Assembly: GCA_963790305.1 (NCBI GenBank)
Contig: CAWBOC010000002.1
Location: forward strand, 1 to 64,000
Direction: 5' to 3'
From: an uncultured Gemmatimonadaceae bacterium
Lineage (GTDB): Bacteria > Gemmatimonadota > Gemmatimonadetes > Gemmatimonadales > Gemmatimonadaceae
Length of the DNA: 64,000 bases
A model generated the notes under the pieces. It ran no database searches. It saw only the letters and a list, made by a program, of their open reading frames with translations, and was not told the DNA's origin. A program made the position numbers and the translations under genes. Of this stretch, positions 30,476-39,319 are shown piece by piece; the stretch's first letter is position 1; every line of letters begins with the position of its first letter.

Positions 30476-31507
30476 CTATGCCGGCCTTTTGGCTTTCCGG
30501 GGTTTTGCTTTCGAGGGCGCCAAAGCGGGTGGAGAGAGCCGTGATGAGCGCTCTGGTGGCGCGTACGGTTCATCCCCCTTGGGGGCCGGGCGTGCCGACG
30601 CGCGATTGATGAGCGCCACGCCGGACAGGATGATCGCGGCTGCGGCGATCATCCGGGGACCGAACTCCTCGCCGGCGATGAGCCATCCGAGAAGCATGGC
30701 GACCATCGGATTGACGTAGGCGTACGTCGCCACCGCTGCCGGCGTGCAAACACGCAGCAGCCACGCGTAGGCGGTGAAGCCGACCAGCGAACCGAAGACG
30801 ATGAGGTAGAGCAGCGAGACCAGGGAGCGCGTGGTCACCGCGGCAACGTCCAGCTGCCCGAGCTCGCCTGCTGATACGCCAACGATGGCCAGCACGATTC
30901 CGCCGGCGAGCATCTGCATGCCGCTGCCGAGCGTCGCCGATCCGGGGCGAGGCAGGACACGCGAATACACCGAGCCGGCCGCCCAGGAGAGCGATGCGCC
31001 GATGAGCACCAGGGCCGCCAGAACATCGACGTCGCGCGCGTCAGTCAGCGCCGCTGGCCCAACCAGCAACGCCACTCCACCAAAGCCGAGCAGCAGTCCG
31101 ATGATCGACAGGCGAGTGGGCCGCGTCCCGTTCTTGCGCAGGAACTCGAGCAGCACCATCCACAACGCGACGGTCGCGACGAAGAGTGCAGCGAGCCCCG
31201 AAGGAATCCGCTGCTCGGACCAGGTCACCGCGCCATTGCCCACGGCAAGCATTAGAATGCCTGTGACGGCCGTCGCCACCCATTGCGCCTTCGAGGGGCG
31301 CGCCCCGCCCGTTAGGCGTCCCCACAGGTAAAGCACCCCTCCCGCAACGAGGAACCGCGTGCCCGCCATGAGAAAGGGCGGGATGGTCTCGATGGCGTAC
31401 AGAATCGCCAGGTACGTGGAGCCCCAGACCAGGTACACGGCGGCGAACGCGAGCGCGATTCGCGTACGGGTGGGCCGGAGGCTGGAGTCCATGATCGGGG
31501 TACTCAT
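30476..31507 (-). CDS. EamA/DMT-family transporter (YedA-like)
   Basis: VYLVWGSTYLA, RFLVAG, YAYVNP; 10 TM helices. Confidence 0.9.
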   Translation of the reverse strand: MSTPIMDSSLRPTRTRIALAFAAVYLVWGSTYLAILYAIETIPPFLMAGTRFLVAGGVLYLWGRLTGGARPSKAQWVATAVTGILMLAVGNGAVTWSEQRIPSGLAALFVATVALWMVLLEFLRKNGTRPTRLSIIGLLLGFGGVALLVGPAALTDARDVDVLAALVLIGASLSWAAGSVYSRVLPRPGSATLGSGMQMLAGGIVLAIVGVSAGELGQLDVAAVTTRSLVSLLYLIVFGSLVGFTAYAWLLRVCTPAAVATYAYVNPMVAMLLGWLIAGEEFGPRMIAAAAIILSGVALINRASARPAPKGDEPYAPPERSSRLSPPALAPSKAKPRKAKRPA

Positions 31508-31567
31508 CGCAGATGCCCAACACGCGGGAGGCAGGATCGGTTCCAGAACAGCGGTTGCGGGGTACCG

Positions 31568-31598
31568 TTCAAGCGTTCGTGCCACGACCGGCATCCGA
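31568..31598 (+). promoter_or_regulatory. Putative ECF-dependent promoter, copy 1
   Basis: TTCAAGC-N8-CACGACCGGCATCCGA, repeated with identical spacing at 33761-33791. Confidence 0.65.
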
Positions 31599-31615
31599 TT
31601 GAAAACGAGGATGGC

Positions 31616-32185
31616 GTGTCACTGACCGGTTCAATCGTGCGCAGCTCGTCGCCGGCCCTGGGGGACGAATCCGCCGAGCTCGCGCGACGCGCGCAGACCG
31701 GCGACGTCGCGGCGTTCGAGCGCCTGTATCGCTCGCACGCGTCGCACGTTCGCGCGATCTGTCTGCGACTGTGCGCCGATGGCCAGCGTGCCGAAGAAGC
31801 GGCCCAGGACGCATGGGTACGAGTATGGGAGCGGCTGTCGACGTGGCGCGGCGAGTCGGCGTTCGGTACGTGGCTGCATCGACTCACCGTGAACGTGGTG
31901 CTGGAGTCGTTTCGCTCGGAGCGCCGCCGGCTCGCTCGGGTGTCGTTGGCGGAGGACGACGACGAGGTGGACGCGGCGGTCCCGGCGAGTGAGCCGGGTG
32001 ACGCGCTCGATCTGGAGCGCGCGATCGCCCGCCTTCCGCGGGGGGCGCGAACGGTGTTCGTGCTCCATGACGTGGAAGGGTATCGGCACGGGGAGATCGC
32101 CGCGATGACCGGCCTCGCTGAAGGAACCTTGCGTGCGCAGCTGTGTCGCGCGCGCCGACTACTGATGGAGATGCTCGACCGATGA
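31616..32185 (+). CDS. ECF RNA polymerase sigma factor
   Basis: AEEAAQDAWVRVW..FGTWLHRLTVN; LPRGARTVFVLHDVEGYRHGEIA. Confidence 0.93.
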   Translation: MSLTGSIVRSSSPALGDESAELARRAQTGDVAAFERLYRSHASHVRAICLRLCADGQRAEEAAQDAWVRVWERLSTWRGESAFGTWLHRLTVNVVLESFRSERRRLARVSLAEDDDEVDAAVPASEPGDALDLERAIARLPRGARTVFVLHDVEGYRHGEIAAMTGLAEGTLRAQLCRARRLLMEMLDR

Positions 32186-32835
32186 CGCACCATCTCGATG
32201 ACCAGCTGCTGAGTGATCTGCTCGACGACGGCCTCGACGCGTCGGCGCGTTCCGCGGTCGAGGAGCACGTGGCGGCCTGCGACGCGTGCTTCTCGCGCCT
32301 GCAGCGCATGCGAATGCTCGTCGCGCACGCGGGATCACTGCCTCGCATGATGCCGGCCCCGGCCGGTGAGTGGCAGCGGATTCGCTCGCGGCTGCAGGCT
32401 GGCGCCCGCCTGGGATCGGCACCCTGGTGGACGAACCGAAGTGCGCTGCTCGCGGCGGGACTGGCGCTCGTCATCGCCTCATCGGGCATCACGGCGCTGG
32501 TGGTCGGCGGAAGGCGCGATGGCCCCGTACAGACAGTGGCCAGCTCGGCGACCACCGCCCCGTTGACGCCTCGGCTCGCGGCACTGGAGCACGAATACAC
32601 GACGGTCACGCGCGATCTCGAGCGTCAATTGGCCGAGCGGAAGCATACGCTCGCGCCTGAAACAGTCGCGGCGGTCGAGCGTAGCCTGCGAACGATCGAA
32701 GAGGCGATCGCGGAGGCTCGTGAGGCGCTCGCCCGTGACCCGGGAAGCGAAACGTTGGCACGGCTACTGGTGGCCGGCCACGATCAGAAGGTCGAGCTGC
32801 TTCGGCACGCCACGCGGCTCGCGACGCAAAGTTGA
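32182..32835 (+). CDS. zf-HC2 (ZAS) anti-sigma factor with TM helix
   Basis: H..HVAACDAC zinc motif; TM segment; helical periplasmic domain. Confidence 0.88.
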   Translation: MTHHLDDQLLSDLLDDGLDASARSAVEEHVAACDACFSRLQRMRMLVAHAGSLPRMMPAPAGEWQRIRSRLQAGARLGSAPWWTNRSALLAAGLALVIASSGITALVVGGRRDGPVQTVASSATTAPLTPRLAALEHEYTTVTRDLERQLAERKHTLAPETVAAVERSLRTIEEAIAEAREALARDPGSETLARLLVAGHDQKVELLRHATRLATQS

Positions 32836-32846
32836 GGGAGCATTCC

Positions 32847-33746
32847 ATGAGACGCACTTTGTTCTTTCTCGTCCTGGCGGCATGCCTGACGAGCACGGCA
32901 GCGGCCCAGAGTCGCTTCAACCGACGACTTCCGCTCGCGCCCGACGGAACCATTCGCATCCACAACCTGGCGGGCATCGTGCGACTGCACGGCTGGGATC
33001 GGGACAGCATCGCCGCCACTGGTGAGGTCGGTCGCGGCAGCAAAGGCTTCTTCATGGGAGGCGACCGCACGGCGGTGAAGCTCGGCATCGACATTCCGAG
33101 CGACGATGTGACCACCGCCGAGCCGTCGACGCTCGACGTCTGGGTGCCGGCGGGGAGTCGAGTTCGCGTGAAGAGCACGCGCGGCGAGATCGTGGTCGAT
33201 GGCGTCACCGGCGCGCTCGATCTCGGATCGACGAGCGGCAACATCACCGTCACCGGGATCCCGCGTGAGCTCACGGTTGAGACAATGGACGGCGATATCG
33301 CGCTCGACGGCGCAATCGTCTGGCTCCGCGCCCGCTCGGCCGGAGGCGACATCACCGTGCGCGGGGGCGCCGAGGATCTGGTATCGGCGTCGGTGAGCGG
33401 TGCGGTGACTGTCACCGGTGGTCCGGTGCGCGCGGCACGGCTGGAGACGATGACGGGCAACATCGTATTCGAGGCGTCGATCGCGCGGGGCGCGGTGCTC
33501 GATCTCGGCACGCACTCGGGTGCCGTGCGAGTGCTTCTTCCAAAGGGGAGCACGCCCACGGTGGAAGCGACGACGGTCGCCGCTCCCATCGACAACAACC
33601 TCACACCGCAGCGCGCTCAGATTCGCGGCGATGGCCGCGAGCTCGCTCTGTCACTGGGCGGCGATGCCCGATTGACGGTCAGGTCGTTCAAGGGGGCGGT
33701 CACGTTGGGGTGGGGGGGACCGCCGCTTCGACTCGTAAAGCAATAG
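32847..33746 (+). CDS. DUF4097-family beta-strand repeat protein
   Basis: Signal peptide; repeated STRGEI, STSGNI, TMDGDI, SAGGDI, SVSGAV, THSGAV. Confidence 0.85.
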   Translation: MRRTLFFLVLAACLTSTAAAQSRFNRRLPLAPDGTIRIHNLAGIVRLHGWDRDSIAATGEVGRGSKGFFMGGDRTAVKLGIDIPSDDVTTAEPSTLDVWVPAGSRVRVKSTRGEIVVDGVTGALDLGSTSGNITVTGIPRELTVETMDGDIALDGAIVWLRARSAGGDITVRGGAEDLVSASVSGAVTVTGGPVRAARLETMTGNIVFEASIARGAVLDLGTHSGAVRVLLPKGSTPTVEATTVAAPIDNNLTPQRAQIRGDGRELALSLGGDARLTVRSFKGAVTLGWGGPPLRLVKQ

Positions 33747-33760
33747 GGAACGGCGCGGCA

Positions 33761-33791
33761 TTCAAGCACTGAGGGCACGACCGGCATCCGA
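33761..33791 (+). promoter_or_regulatory. Putative ECF-dependent promoter, copy 2
   Basis: Same motif and spacing as 31568-31598; precedes GGAG RBS and ORF 33820. Confidence 0.65.
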
Positions 33792-33819
33792 CCTATGAAC
33801 CCATTCGTGGAGCCTCAAT

Positions 33820-34356
33820 ATGGTACGCCGTTCTCTCAGTCTCGCCGCGCTCGCGCTCGTGACGCTCACCATCGCGGCCGCGGCGCCTGCACCGCTGGGA
33901 CCGCCGTGGATCTCGATCGAGTATCCGCCCAGCCCGTACGATGCCAACACGCGAGACGCCTTCCTGCTCGTACACACCTTCCACCATGCAACGCCGATCG
34001 GCGCGCCAGTGATTGGCAAGGCGGAAGGAATCGTCTCCGGCGAGCGGCGGACCGTGTCGCTCAAGTTCGGCGGCACGTCGCGCACGGGTGTGTATGCGCT
34101 CAACAAACAGTGGCCGTCGGAGGGAACGTGGGTGCTGTTCATCACCGCCAATCAGGGCCCTAACGACGACGTCACCGCGGTGGTCGAATTGGCGGCGGAT
34201 GGCCAGGTAGCCGCCGTGCGTGTCCCAACCGAGCGCCGCGGTTCCTGGAAGGTGCCGTCCGACGTGAGCGCCGCCGACCGTGAGAGCATCGTGAAGGCGC
34301 GGCTGGCGATGAATAGCGGGGAGAAGGGGGCAGTGGCGGCGAGGGCTCCCCGCTGA
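33820..34356 (+). CDS. exported hypothetical protein
   Basis: Signal peptide; GPPWISIEYP..FLLVHTFHH..AEG..G.R..GVYAL..QWPSEGTW. Confidence 0.75.
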   Translation: MVRRSLSLAALALVTLTIAAAAPAPLGPPWISIEYPPSPYDANTRDAFLLVHTFHHATPIGAPVIGKAEGIVSGERRTVSLKFGGTSRTGVYALNKQWPSEGTWVLFITANQGPNDDVTAVVELAADGQVAAVRVPTERRGSWKVPSDVSAADRESIVKARLAMNSGEKGAVAARAPR

Positions 34357-34369
34357 TGGGCCGACTGCA

Positions 34370-34459
34370 ATAACCACAGAGGCACAGAGGGCACTGAGGA
34401 CGGCAAACTACTAACCAGTAGTTTGCCGTCCTCAGTGCCCTCTGTGCCTCTGTGGTTAT
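34370..34459. repeat. CACAGAGG-unit hairpin, 43-bp perfect stem with 4-nt loop
   Basis: 34370-34412 pairs with 34417-34459; right arm contains the sirtuin TAA. Confidence 0.95.
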
Positions 34460-35226
34460 GCAGTTCTGCCCAGGAGCACCGGAACTACCTCCGCAGCCTT
34501 CCCCCGCATCGACACCTCCGCGACCCTCGTAAGCGGCGTCTCCTCGGGATTCACCTCGATCACCACCCCGCCGCTGGCGCGCGTGCGCAGCGGCAGCGAC
34601 GCGGCCGGGTGGACCAGCGCGCTCGTTCCCACCACGAGGCACACGTCGGCGGCCGCGGCGGCCGCGTCAGCCCTCGCGAGCACGTTCTCGTCGAGCATCT
34701 CGCCGAACCACACCACGTCGGGACGCAGAGGTGCTCCACATCGCGCGCAGCGTGGAAGCGTCGCCAACGATGTGGCATCGACCGTCACGGGCTCGCTCCG
34801 CGCACCACAACCGGAGCACCGATCGCGAAGGAGGGAGCCGTGCACCTCGATGGGAAGCGCGGACGCAGGGTCCGCCTCGCCAGCCGCGTCACGAGCGGCC
34901 CGCGTGTGCAGTCCATCCACGTTCTGCGTCACGATGGTGACCTTCGCGCTGCGCAGCGCCCACTCGGCGAGCGCTCGGTGAGCGGCGTTAGGTACACAGG
35001 CGGCGACGAGCGTGCGACGCCACGAATACCACTCCCAGACCAATCGGGGATCGCGCGCAAAGGCCTCGGGCGTGGCCAGGTCTTCCGGGCGAAACTCCTT
35101 CCATAGCCCGCCAGCACCGCGAAAGGTCGGTACGCCCGATTCGGCGCTGACCCCGGCGCCCGTGAGGACGACGACGGCGCTGGCGTCGTGCAGCAGCTCG
35201 CCCGCGCGCGTGGTCGGGTCGATCAA
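34456..35226 (-). CDS. cobB: NAD-dependent protein deacylase (class III sirtuin)
   Basis: GAGVSAESGVPTFRG, WEWYSWRR (YxxR), TQNVDGLH, HGS, CxxC..CxxC, RPDVVWFGE, GTS. Confidence 0.93.
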   Translation of the reverse strand: MIDPTTRAGELLHDASAVVVLTGAGVSAESGVPTFRGAGGLWKEFRPEDLATPEAFARDPRLVWEWYSWRRTLVAACVPNAAHRALAEWALRSAKVTIVTQNVDGLHTRAARDAAGEADPASALPIEVHGSLLRDRCSGCGARSEPVTVDATSLATLPRCARCGAPLRPDVVWFGEMLDENVLARADAAAAAADVCLVVGTSALVHPAASLPLRTRASGGVVIEVNPEETPLTRVAEVSMRGKAAEVVPVLLGRTA

Positions 35227-36128
35227 TCGCGGACGTGGCGCGTCACAAACGCCAGCACTCGCTCGAGAATCTCACGGGTTCGCGCGTCGTGATTGCGCTG
35301 ATCGAAGCCATGGTCACCGCGGCGGTGAAGCGCAAAGTCGATCTCCACGCGGTTGGCGACCGCCGCCCGCATGAACCGCTCGATCGATTCGTTGAGTCGT
35401 GGAATCGCGTCCGCTCCAGCCATCGCAAGAAAGATCGGCGGCTGATCCCCGGGCGCAACGGTCAGCAGCTGTGCGGGTGAATACCTCCGAGCCAGCGAGT
35501 CGACATGCGCGGCGGGGTGCGCCGGCCGGAAAGGAGACTGACTCCGCATGTGCTCGAGATCGAGATATGGATAAAAGAGCACCAGGCAGCGGACCCCGGG
35601 CATTCGCTCGCGCATGAACACGCTCGCCAGCGGTCCTCCAGCCGAATAGACAGCCACGCAGAGTCTCTCCGTATCGATCCCGAGCGTCGCCGCGTTCGCA
35701 CGCACGTAGTCCACGGCCGCGGTGACGTCGCTCGCGGCCTCGGCGATGTTCTCGTCCGTCGTCATCCGATGATTGAAGACAACGCCAACCAGCCCCGCCG
35801 CCGTGGCGAGCCGGCCCCACGATCGGTACGATGGCCAGGTCGTTGGCAGCGGGCCGGCCTGCCGCGCCACCAATCCACCGTGCACGAAGATGAGTCCGGG
35901 TCGCCGTCCCGGTGCCGCGCCGGGTGGTCGATAGACATCCATGGTGAGCGCGCGAGCCACACCGTTGTCCGTGACGGTGCGATACGTGAGGCCGCGCTGC
36001 ACGACGGCGTTCCGCATCCCCGGCAGCTCGTAGCCGAGCACGTTCGCGCTCGTGTCGGTCTGCCCGAGGGCGGGTGACACCAGGCCGAGGGTCAACGAGA
36101 AAATCGGAAGAAAAGTCCTGAATGACAC
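35223..36128 (-). CDS. Exported alpha/beta hydrolase
   Basis: MDVYRP, IFVHGG, YSAGG nucleophile elbow, HGFD; start approximate. Confidence 0.8.
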   Translation of the reverse strand: MSFRTFLPIFSLTLGLVSPALGQTDTSANVLGYELPGMRNAVVQRGLTYRTVTDNGVARALTMDVYRPPGAAPGRRPGLIFVHGGLVARQAGPLPTTWPSYRSWGRLATAAGLVGVVFNHRMTTDENIAEAASDVTAAVDYVRANAATLGIDTERLCVAVYSAGGPLASVFMRERMPGVRCLVLFYPYLDLEHMRSQSPFRPAHPAAHVDSLARRYSPAQLLTVAPGDQPPIFLAMAGADAIPRLNESIERFMRAAVANRVEIDFALHRRGDHGFDQRNHDARTREILERVLAFVTRHVRD

Positions 36129-36250
36129 GGGTCCCCCGCGGGTTGGTTGGCGCCACACAATGGCGCGCGGAACACGAGCCCGGGCCAAACCCACCAAATC
36201 CTGACAAATGCACGCTTGCGACCCTTCCCGAAGGGGCCCTAAGGTGTGAC

Positions 36251-37983
36251 ATGGCCTTGGGCATCTTCGCCAGCGCTCGCCGCTCGCGATCCACTCTGCT
36301 CGTCGCGCTCCTCCTCCTCACGCTTGGCCTCGCCGCCGTGCTCGCGCACCAGGCGTACGATGCCACGCGCGACCACCGCATCACGGCGGAGCGCACGCTG
36401 CGCGACTACGCCGCCACCGCGGCGTGGGAGTTCAACGCGCACGCCAAGGAGGAGCTCTGGCAGGCGCTCGCATACGCGTTCCGCCCGTGCAAGGCAATCG
36501 AAACGACGAACGCTCGCCACGCGTCGCTTCCACCACCCGAGATCCTCGCAGCGGAAGCGAAGAAGCTCGAAGCGTGCGCGTGCACGCTCGTGCTCGACAC
36601 GGACTACTACTTCCTGGTCGACTTCCGCGACGGTCGCACGACCTTCGCCGGCGCGAGTGCCCCGGCGATGGGCCCGGAGTGGCTGACGGATACCGTCACG
36701 GCCCACGCGTCGACGTCGTACGAGAAAGGGTGGGAGTTCGCGACGATCTTCCACGGCGGCGGCCCTCACGCGCGCGCCATCGTCTACACCCTCAAGCGCG
36801 ACGCCGCGGGTGCACCGGTTGCCGCGTACGGCTTCGTCATCGATCCGCAGCGGTTCGGCGAGGCGGCGTATACGCGCGTGATGAAGAAATGGCAGCTGCT
36901 TCCGTACGCGCTGACGCAGGGGATGCCCAACGACTAGCTGCTACGGCTTTCGGTGTTGTCCGCGAACGGCGACGAGATCTACGGCTCCGCCGCCGACTTC
37001 AACGATGCCATCAGTGGGACGGCCGAGTGGAAGCCGTTCTTCGGTGGGATGATGACGCACGTCTCCATGCGACCCGGAGGCGGCGGAGCGGCTCGTCATT
37101 GGCGGCCTTCCACGCTCACGTCTGCCCCTGCTGCTCGGCGTCCTCAGCCATGACGGCGGCCCTCATCGTCGTCGCCGTCGTACAGCTGCGCCGCGAGGCA
37201 GAGCTGGCGCGGCTGCGCTCCGACTTCGTCTCGAGCGTGTCGCACGAGCTGCGCACGCCGCTCGCACAGATCCGCATGTTCGCGGAAACACTTCTCCTCG
37301 GTCGCGTGCGGAGCGAGTCGGAACGGACGCGCTCGATGGAGATCATCGATCAGGAGGCACGACGCCTGGCGCATCTCGTCGAGAACGTGCTGCACTTCTC
37401 GCGTGCCGAGCGGCAATCGCTGCGACTGTGTCCGGTGCCGACGCTGCTTGCCCCGCAAGTGCAGGAAACCGCCGAGTCCTTCGCGCCGATCGCGCGTGCG
37501 CGCCGTGCCGAGGTCCGCCTTGCCCTCGACGAGACCGTCACTGTCCGCGTCGATCGCAATGCGTTGCGACAGATGCTGCTCAACCTGCTCGACAACGCGA
37601 TCAAGTATGGGCCGGTGGGGCAGACGGTCACCGTCGGCGTTCGCGCCATCGGAGATCGCGCGCGCCTCTGGGTCGAGGACGAAGGGCCCGGCATCGAGAT
37701 GACACAGCGCGAGCGCATCTTCGAGCCCTTCTTCCGGATCGATCGCGACGCGAACTCCGCGATCGGCGGGAGCGGCATCGGTTTGTCGGTGGTTCGGGAG
37801 CTCGCGGTGATGCATGGCGGGCGGGCCTTCGCCGAGGCCGGCGAGCGAGGGGCTCGGTTCGTCATCGAGCTGGATCGTGTGCCTGACGAGTCCGCCGCCC
37901 TCCCGACACCCGAGGGTGAGCCGGCGCGCCGCAACGGCGGAGCGCCGTCCGACGAGCCGTCCCGTCTCAACGTTCAGGTGTGA
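36251..37983 (+). CDS. Membrane sensor histidine kinase (in-frame TAG at 36935 and two +1 frameshifts at about 37075 and 37147)
   Basis: N-terminal TM and periplasmic domain; FVSSVSHELRTPL H-box, NLLDNAIKY, DEGPG, FEPF, GSGIGLS. Confidence 0.85.
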
Positions 37984-37988
37984 CTTCC

Positions 37989-38696
37989 ATGGAGACCTTG
38001 ATTCGCGATGCGAGAGTCCTCGTCGTCGAGGACAACCCGGACCTGGCGTTCGGACTGCGCAACAACCTCGAGATCGAGGGTTACGAGGTCGACGTCGCCG
38101 AGAGCGGGCCCGGAGGCCTGGAGCGAGCGCGCGAGGGGAATCCCGATCTCGTGATCCTCGACCTCATGCTCCCCGGCTTCGACGGCTATCGCGTGCTGCG
38201 CGCCCTGCGCGAGGACGGGCTCGGCATGCCGGTGCTCATTCTCACCGCGCGCGGTGAAGAGGCCGACAAGGTTCGAGGCTTTCGTCTGGGTGCCGACGAC
38301 TACGTGACGAAGCCGTTCGGCGTGCTCGAGCTGTTGGCGCGCGTGGAAGCGCTGCTGCGGCGATCACCAAAGCATCGAGCCGAGAACGGCGCGGCGGTCC
38401 ACGAGCGATTTGGCGAGGTCGATGTCGATATCAGCGCGCGGGCGGTGCATCGCGACGGGCAGGCGGTGTCCCTTACCCCAATGGAGTTCGACCTTCTCCT
38501 CGCGCTGTTGCGGCGTCGCGGCGCGGTGGCGTCGCGCATCGAGCTGATGAAGGAAGTGTGGGGATACCACGCATCCGTCGTGAGCCGGACGGTCGATACG
38601 CACGTCGCGGAGCTGCGACGCAAGCTGGAGGATGACCCCGCGGCGCCGCGGCACATCCTGACGGTCCGCAAGGCGGGTTACCGTCTTCAAACCTGA
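37989..38696 (+). CDS. OmpR-family response regulator
   Basis: VVEDN, LDLMLP, LTAR, GADDYVTKPF, SRTVDTHV, TVRKAGY. Confidence 0.95.
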   Translation: METLIRDARVLVVEDNPDLAFGLRNNLEIEGYEVDVAESGPGGLERAREGNPDLVILDLMLPGFDGYRVLRALREDGLGMPVLILTARGEEADKVRGFRLGADDYVTKPFGVLELLARVEALLRRSPKHRAENGAAVHERFGEVDVDISARAVHRDGQAVSLTPMEFDLLLALLRRRGAVASRIELMKEVWGYHASVVSRTVDTHVAELRRKLEDDPAAPRHILTVRKAGYRLQT

Positions 38697-38706
38697 TGTT
38701 AAGGAG

Positions 38707-39150
38707 ATGCAGATGAAGAGATCGATTCTCGCGGTCGCCGGCGCGATCGTGGCGTTGTCGGCGTTCGTCTCCGTGAACGCCGCGCGGGACGCGGCCGAGC
38801 GGGAGGCGGTCGAGAAGCCGCTGAAGATGTACCTGTCGGGCGAGCCGGAGCAGCTCAAGCAGGCGTTCCATCCCGGCGCGACAATGTTCTTCGCTCGCAA
38901 CGACTCGCTGATCGCGGTCCCGATTCCCGAGTACATCGCCCGCGTGGAAGAGTCACGCGCGAAGGGTCCGCCGCCGAAGCGCATCGAGCGCATCGCGCAG
39001 GTGGACATCTCCGGGACCTCGGCGGTCGCGCGGCTGGAGCTCGAGTACCCCCAGCAGAAGCTCACCGACTACATGTCGCTGGTGAAGTACGGCGGCGAGT
39101 GGCGGATCGTGAACAAGATCTTTTCGCGGGAGAGTGTGGCGGCGAAGTAG
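38707..39150 (+). CDS. Exported NTF2-like (putative lumazine-binding family) protein
   Basis: AAGGAG RBS; AFHPGA, TDYMSLVK..GEWRIVNK. Confidence 0.8.
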   Translation: MQMKRSILAVAGAIVALSAFVSVNAARDAAEREAVEKPLKMYLSGEPEQLKQAFHPGATMFFARNDSLIAVPIPEYIARVEESRAKGPPPKRIERIAQVDISGTSAVARLELEYPQQKLTDYMSLVKYGGEWRIVNKIFSRESVAAK

Positions 39151-39154
39151 CGAA

Positions 39155-39214
39155 GAATGCGGAATGCGGAATGAAGTGTACATGCACTGCGTCCGCATTC
39201 CGTATTCCGCATTC
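39155..39214. repeat. AATGCGG-unit inverted repeat
   Basis: GAATGCGGAATGCGGAATG ... CCGCATTCCGTATTCCGCATTC with a short inner stem. Confidence 0.85.
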
Positions 39215-39319
39215 GTCCTTACAGGCGCCTGACCCACCGCTGGCCAAAGCCCCACTCGGCCCCCACCCAATCGTCATTTTCGCCGCCTAGCGTTTCGCGT
39301 CCCTCATGGGAGCGAAACA

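Noticed and set aside
34456..35226. Sirtuin as an anti-phage SIR2 effector
   Set aside because: It is a stand-alone canonical CobB-like deacylase with zinc motif and no defence partner genes.
36935..36937. In-frame TAG in the histidine kinase as pyrrolysine or programmed read-through
   Set aside because: No pyl genes are seen, TAG is a normal stop elsewhere in the window, one substitution gives TCG (NDSLL), and the same gene has two further errors.
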